This document shows, one piece after another, positions 55,461-59,833 of a stretch of DNA of 59,833 bases. Position 1 is the first letter of the stretch, and each line of letters starts with the position of its first letter. This stretch comes from Acutalibacteraceae bacterium (lineage in GTDB: Bacteria; Bacillota; Clostridia; Oscillospirales; Acutalibacteraceae), in NCBI GenBank assembly GCA_045592285.1, contig JAZNUL010000129.1, forward strand, positions 1-59,833. Reading direction: 5' to 3'. The notes below the pieces were generated by a model. It saw only the letters and a program-made list of their open reading frames with translations, ran no database searches and was not told the origin of the DNA. A program made the position numbers and the translations under genes.

Positions 55461-57409
55461 AAAAGACAACCCCTGTTTTAGATGGAAAAAGATTAGAACG
55501 TTTAGAAAGAAGACGTGCTACAAGAAAGCTTCGCTATTCTTCATATCGTGAAATTCACGAAGGTGAAGAAAAGGCAGAGTCTTTTAGGTTGAGTGCAAAA
55601 AGGCTCTGGGGATATATCTGGGAGCAGAAAATAGCGTTTATAATAGTTGTAATAACTTGTGCTGTTTCGTCGGTTTTCAGTGTACTTGGTCCTGATTATA
55701 TAGGACAAGCCCTCGATTTACTTAACGAGCAGGTTGAAGTTAAATTAAATGGTGGTGTTATTTCAGCTGATTCACTTTTACCTTGCATAAAAGCACTTGT
55801 TGTTATTTACGGTGGAATGACAGTATTTTCTTTTATACAACAATACATAATGGCAGGTGTAACTGCAAAGGTTGTAAGAAAATTACGTGAAAAAATCAAC
55901 GAAAAGCTTTCGTCATTACCACTTAAATATTACGACAGTAACGCTAAAGGTGATATTTTAAGCCGTATAATGAATGATGTTGACAATATAAGTAACACTC
56001 TTCAACACAATCTTCTTTCTATAGTTTCTTCGGTAATTACTATTGTAGGCGTGTTCATTATGATGGTAATTACAAACTGGTTTTTAACACTCTTTATAGT
56101 AGCTCTTGTGCCGTTCACAGCAGTAATTGCTTTAAAAGTCCTTTCAGTTTCAAGAAAACTCTTTAAAAAACAATGGGACAGAACTGGTGAATTAAACGGT
56201 CACGTTGAAGAAATTTACACAGGTCATAAGATTGTTAAAATCTTTGGTCAGGAGCAATTAGCAGAAGATGAATTCAACGATATAAACGACGAGCTTGTTG
56301 AAGTGAGCAGTAAAGCACAGTTTATTTCAGGTACAATCGGTCCGTTTATAAATTTAATGGATAATATCGGCTATATTTTAGTTGCGATTATCGGCGGTTA
56401 TTTAATAGTAAATAACGGCATATTTTCAGTTGGTGGAACAGTAATCTATGATATGGGTACTGCTTTTTCAATAGGTGGTATTCTCACGTTTATTACTTAC
56501 TCAAAGCTCTTTACTTCGCCAATGTCAACTCTCGCACAGATTGCAAATACAATTCAGTCTTGTATGGCTTCTGCAGAAAGAGTGTTTAAGCTCTTTGATG
56601 AAGAAAGCGAGGTTGACGAGCCAACAAGTAACAAGCTCACATTTAATGACAGTATTAAATTCGAGAATGTTTCATTCTCTTATTCAGAAGACAAGCCTTT
56701 AATAGAAAATCTTGATTTAACAGTTAAAAAGGGAAGTCTTGTAGCACTTGTAGGCCCTACGGGTGCTGGTAAAACTACTTTTGTAAATCTTCTTATGAGA
56801 TTTTACGATGTTACAGGCGGTAAAATTACCATCGATGGTAAAGATATAAGAACTGTAAAACGTGACGATTTAAGAAAGCTTTATGGTATGGTTTTACAGG
56901 AAACCTGGCTTTTTGATGGAACTATAATGGATAATATCCGCTATGGTAAGCTTGATGCAACAGATGAAGATGTTTATGAAGCTTCACGACTTTCGGGTGC
57001 AGAAGAATTTATTAAGCTACTTCCTGATGGCTTCAATACAAGAATTACAGAAAATGGTGAAAATCTTTCTGGTGGTCAGAAGCAGCTTATTACAATTGCA
57101 AGAGCGTTCTTAAAAAATCCGTCAGTACTTATTCTTGACGAAGCGACTTCTTCGGTTGATACAAGAACTGAGCTTCTTGTGCAAAAGGGTATGAATGAAG
57201 TTATGAAGGGCAGAACAAACTTTGTTGTTGCTCACAGACTTTCTACAATCCGCAAGGCAGACGAAATTCTGTTTATAGATAATGGTACAATAAGAGAGCG
57301 TGGTACACACGAGGAGCTTTTAGAAAAGCAAGGTCTTTATTATGCTATGTATAAAAGTGGCTTCGGTGGTGTAGCAGAAACAACAGAAACACTCTCTACT
57401 GATTATTAA
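55457..57409 (+). CDS. ABC exporter half-transporter (TMD-NBD), canonical subunit
   Basis: 650 aa. GPTGAGKTT, LSGGQKQ, LILDEATS and VAHRLST are all canonical. 4-bp overlap with the upstream partner. Confidence 0.85.
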   Translation: MKKTTPVLDGKRLERLERRRATRKLRYSSYREIHEGEEKAESFRLSAKRLWGYIWEQKIAFIIVVITCAVSSVFSVLGPDYIGQALDLLNEQVEVKLNGGVISADSLLPCIKALVVIYGGMTVFSFIQQYIMAGVTAKVVRKLREKINEKLSSLPLKYYDSNAKGDILSRIMNDVDNISNTLQHNLLSIVSSVITIVGVFIMMVITNWFLTLFIVALVPFTAVIALKVLSVSRKLFKKQWDRTGELNGHVEEIYTGHKIVKIFGQEQLAEDEFNDINDELVEVSSKAQFISGTIGPFINLMDNIGYILVAIIGGYLIVNNGIFSVGGTVIYDMGTAFSIGGILTFITYSKLFTSPMSTLAQIANTIQSCMASAERVFKLFDEESEVDEPTSNKLTFNDSIKFENVSFSYSEDKPLIENLDLTVKKGSLVALVGPTGAGKTTFVNLLMRFYDVTGGKITIDGKDIRTVKRDDLRKLYGMVLQETWLFDGTIMDNIRYGKLDATDEDVYEASRLSGAEEFIKLLPDGFNTRITENGENLSGGQKQLITIARAFLKNPSVLILDEATSSVDTRTELLVQKGMNEVMKGRTNFVVAHRLSTIRKADEILFIDNGTIRERGTHEELLEKQGLYYAMYKSGFGGVAETTETLSTDY

Positions 57410-57447
57410 AATGTAATTTATAATTCTTTTTGAAAGGATAGATAGAA

Positions 57448-58830
57448 ATGAATAACACTGAAAAATCTATGGAAAAGCTTGTTGCTCTTTGTAAGGGTAG
57501 GGGTTTTGTTTATGCTGGTAGTGAGATTTATGGTGGTCTTGCTAATACTTGGGATTACGGTCCTTTAGGTGTTGAACTTAAAAACAATATTAAAAACGCT
57601 TGGAGAAAAAAGTTTATTCAAGAAAATCCATATAACGTTGGTCTTGATAGTGCAATTCTTATGAATCCACAAACTTGGGTGGCATCAGGTCACCTTGGTG
57701 GTTTTTCAGACCCATTAATGGACTGCCGTGAATGTAAAACACGTCACAGAGCAGATAATTTAATTGAAGATTTTGACGGCACTGTTGTTGCTGGCTGGTC
57801 AAATGAACAAATGATGGATTACATCAAAGAAAAAGCAATTCCTTGCCCTGATTGTGGTAAACACAACTTTACAGATATCCGTCAATTTAATTTGATGTTC
57901 AAAACATTCCAGGGTGTTACCGAAGACAGCAAAAACGAGCTTTACTTAAGACCAGAAACTGCACAGGGTATTTTCGTAAACTTTGCAAATATTCAGAGAA
58001 CTACAAGAAAGAAAGTACCTTTTGGTGTTGCTCAGATTGGTAAATCATTCCGTAACGAAATCACACCAGGTAACTTTATTTTCCGTGTTCGTGAATTTGA
58101 ACAGATGGAGCTTGAATTCTTCTGTAAGCCTGGTACAGACCTTGAGTGGTTTGAATATTGGCGTGGTTTCTGCCGTGACTGGCTCTATTCATTAAATATA
58201 AAAGCAGAAAATCTTCGTCTTCGTGACCACGATAAAGAAGAACTTTGCTTCTACTCAAAAGCAACAACTGACTTTGAGTACTTATTCCCATTCGGTTGGG
58301 GCGAGCTCTGGGGCGTTGCAGACAGAACTGACTACGACTTGACTCAGCACATTAATACTTCAGGTAAGAGCCTTGACTACTTCGATCCTGAAACAAATGA
58401 AAGATATATTCCTTATGTTATCGAGCCATCTTTAGGTGTTGAAAGACTCTTCCTTGCAATTCTCACAGAGTCTTATGATGAAGAAGTTGTAGATGCTGAA
58501 AAGAATGACACACGTGTTGTTTTAAGACTTCACCCAACTCTTGCACCATATAAATGTGCAGTTCTTCCACTTTCAAAGAAATTAAACGAAAAAGCAACAG
58601 AAGTATTTACTACACTTTCTAAGAAATTTAATGTTGAATTTGACGATGCTGGTTCAATTGGTAAAAGATATCGCCGTCAGGACGAAATCGGTACACCTTA
58701 CTGCATTACTTACGACTTCGAAAGTGAAGAAGATAACTGTGTAACAGTTCGTGACAGAGATACTATGGAACAAGTAAGAATCCCAATTTCTGATTTAGTT
58801 AAGTATATCGAAGAGAAGATTGAGTTTTAA
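57448..58830 (+). CDS. glyQS: Glycine--tRNA ligase (alpha2 type)
   Basis: 460 aa. N-terminus ...[39 protein letters not shown] is highly characteristic. Confidence 0.95.
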   Translation: MNNTEKSMEKLVALCKGRGFVYAGSEIYGGLANTWDYGPLGVELKNNIKNAWRKKFIQENPYNVGLDSAILMNPQTWVASGHLGGFSDPLMDCRECKTRHRADNLIEDFDGTVVAGWSNEQMMDYIKEKAIPCPDCGKHNFTDIRQFNLMFKTFQGVTEDSKNELYLRPETAQGIFVNFANIQRTTRKKVPFGVAQIGKSFRNEITPGNFIFRVREFEQMELEFFCKPGTDLEWFEYWRGFCRDWLYSLNIKAENLRLRDHDKEELCFYSKATTDFEYLFPFGWGELWGVADRTDYDLTQHINTSGKSLDYFDPETNERYIPYVIEPSLGVERLFLAILTESYDEEVVDAEKNDTRVVLRLHPTLAPYKCAVLPLSKKLNEKATEVFTTLSKKFNVEFDDAGSIGKRYRRQDEIGTPYCITYDFESEEDNCVTVRDRDTMEQVRIPISDLVKYIEEKIEF

Positions 58831-58837
58831 TAAAAAA

Positions 58838-58869
58838 TTGCACTTTGGAAATTTCAAAGTGCAATTTTG
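58838..58869 (+). terminator. Intrinsic terminator after glyQS
   Basis: Stem TTGCACTTTG/CAAAGTGCAA followed by TTTTG. Confidence 0.7.
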
Positions 58870-58911
58870 CATTTTAGTAGTTAAATAAGAAAGTAAGATA
58901 TTTTAAAAAAG

Positions 58912-58940
58912 TTGACTTATTTTAAATGTAATTGTATAAT
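58912..58940 (+). promoter_or_regulatory. Near-consensus sigma-A promoter of the methyltransferase gene
   Basis: TTGACT (58912-58917), 17 nt, TATAAT (58935-58940), preceded by TG. Confidence 0.6.
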
Positions 58941-59022
58941 AAAATGAATCGTTTTTTGATAAAGTACATTGTTTGGTACAGTTAATGTGTTATAGTATAA
59001 TAAAGAAGCGGAGGGAAACAGA

Positions 59023-59833
59023 ATGAGTGCAACTCTTGAGAATAGAGCGTATAAAACTTCTTTGATAAATAATAGAAGATATTTAGGTAATAAATATAAA
59101 TTGCTTCCCTTCATTACAGGTGTAGTGAACTCTGAGTGTGATGGTATTGAAACAGTGGCAGATATTTTTGCCGGTACGGGTGCCGTATCTTCTGCGTTTA
59201 CAGATAAGACCATTATCACTAACGATTTGATGTATAGTAATTACATTTGCCACTATGCTTGGTTCGGCGCAGAAGTTTATGATCCTCAAGTAATTATTGA
59301 TTATGTGGTAAGATATAATGCCAAAACCAAATGTGGTGAGAATTATATGACACGTAATTTCGCCGATACATATTTCAGTAAAAGCGACTGCGCTAAAATT
59401 GGTTATATTCGTGAAGATATTGAGCGCAATTATAAAAAAGGAAATTTGAACAAGAGAGAAAGGGCAATTTTGATAACATCGTTACTTTATGCGATGGATA
59501 AAATTGCAGTTACTTGCGGCCATTATGATGCTTATCGCAAAGGCGCTGAGTTTGATGTTTCATTAGAACTTTATGTTCCATTAGCAGAAGTTAATAATAA
59601 TGCAGAAAACGAGTGCTTCAACGAAGATGCAAACAATCTTGTAAAACGAATTGAAGCAGATCTCGTCTATATTGATCCACCGTACAATTCAAGACAGTAT
59701 TGTGATGCATATCATCTGCTTGAGAATGTTGCTCGATGGGAAAAGCCCGAAGTGTTTGGCGTTGCTAAAAAAATGGACAGAAGCAGTATGAAAAGCAAGT
59801 ATTGTACAACAAGTGCAACAAAGGCTTTTGAAA
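59023..59833 (+). CDS. N6-adenine DNA methyltransferase (D12/Dam-class type II MTase); the 3' end lies outside the window
   Basis: Not in the ORF track because it runs off the edge. ATG 59023 follows GCGGAGGG, and the frame is open to base 59833. Motifs NRRYLGNKYKLLPF, FAGTGAVS (SAM binding) and VYIDPPYNSRQY (catalytic DPPY). Confidence 0.8.
   Translation, partial: MSATLENRAYKTSLINNRRYLGNKYKLLPFITGVVNSECDGIETVADIFAGTGAVSSAFTDKTIITNDLMYSNYICHYAWFGAEVYDPQVIIDYVVRYNAKTKCGENYMTRNFADTYFSKSDCAKIGYIREDIERNYKKGNLNKRERAILITSLLYAMDKIAVTCGHYDAYRKGAEFDVSLELYVPLAEVNNNAENECFNEDANNLVKRIEADLVYIDPPYNSRQYCDAYHLLENVARWEKPEVFGVAKKMDRSSMKSKYCTTSATKAFE

Noticed and set aside
57410-57447. T-box leader upstream of glyQS
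   Set aside because: The gap to the preceding ABC gene is only 38 bp, far too short for a T-box riboswitch of about 200 nt. No specifier or T-box sequence is visible.
58917-59289. Two minus-strand ORFs (100 and 68 aa) opposite the methyltransferase start
   Set aside because: They are antisense to a frame with unmistakable MTase motifs (RYLGNK, FAGTG, DPPY) and to its promoter. They have no motifs or SD of their own.
1-59833. Prophage, integrative element, IS or defence island within the window
   Set aside because: No integrase, transposase, recombinase, phage structural, toxin-antitoxin or known defence-system signatures were recognised in any ORF. The only candidates are the non-autonomous MITE-like repeat and the edge-truncated methyltransferase, and both are reported separately.

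Overview
This window reads as a chromosomal segment of a low-GC Firmicute. It is probably a Clostridia or Ruminococcus-like organism, because two secreted proteins carry type I dockerin modules. I support about 47 protein-coding genes. I found no rRNA, tRNA, CRISPR array, transposase, integrase or phage genes.

The content is mostly housekeeping:
- nrnA-like 3' end, truB, ribF, rpe, maf, proBAC, rsmA/ksgA, rmuC, glpK, malQ and glyQS.
- Glycan-utilisation genes: GH29 fucosidase, a GH123-like DUF4091 protein, GH78 rhamnosidase, a psicose-epimerase-like gene with a PfkB kinase, and four MFS/GPH transporters.
- Cell-surface or secreted proteins: a 1404-aa dockerin/FIVAR protein, an N-terminal-dockerin protein, a CHAP plus C-type-lectin protein, a lipase-like protein, a secreted PHP protein and a membrane-anchored phosphodiester glycosidase.
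- Three ABC systems and a BlaI/BlaR1-type sensor-repressor pair.

I do not see a canonical defence or mobile island. The parts least explained by ordinary annotation are:
1. A 410-bp non-coding gap (29279-29690) with two 105-bp direct repeats. Each repeat carries a 34-35 codon ORF on the minus strand.
2. A 277-bp MITE-like element with 25-bp terminal inverted repeats, sitting inside a fucoside-type operon.
3. An orphan 474-aa membrane protein translationally coupled between two glycoside hydrolases.
4. A BlaI/BlaR1 pair with a non-PBP sensor domain and a clear double-dyad operator, but no obvious target gene.
5. An N6-adenine DNA methyltransferase with its own near-consensus promoter, cut off by the 3' window edge. 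It may be the start of an R-M or defence locus.

All family calls come from motif recognition by eye. No database search was run.
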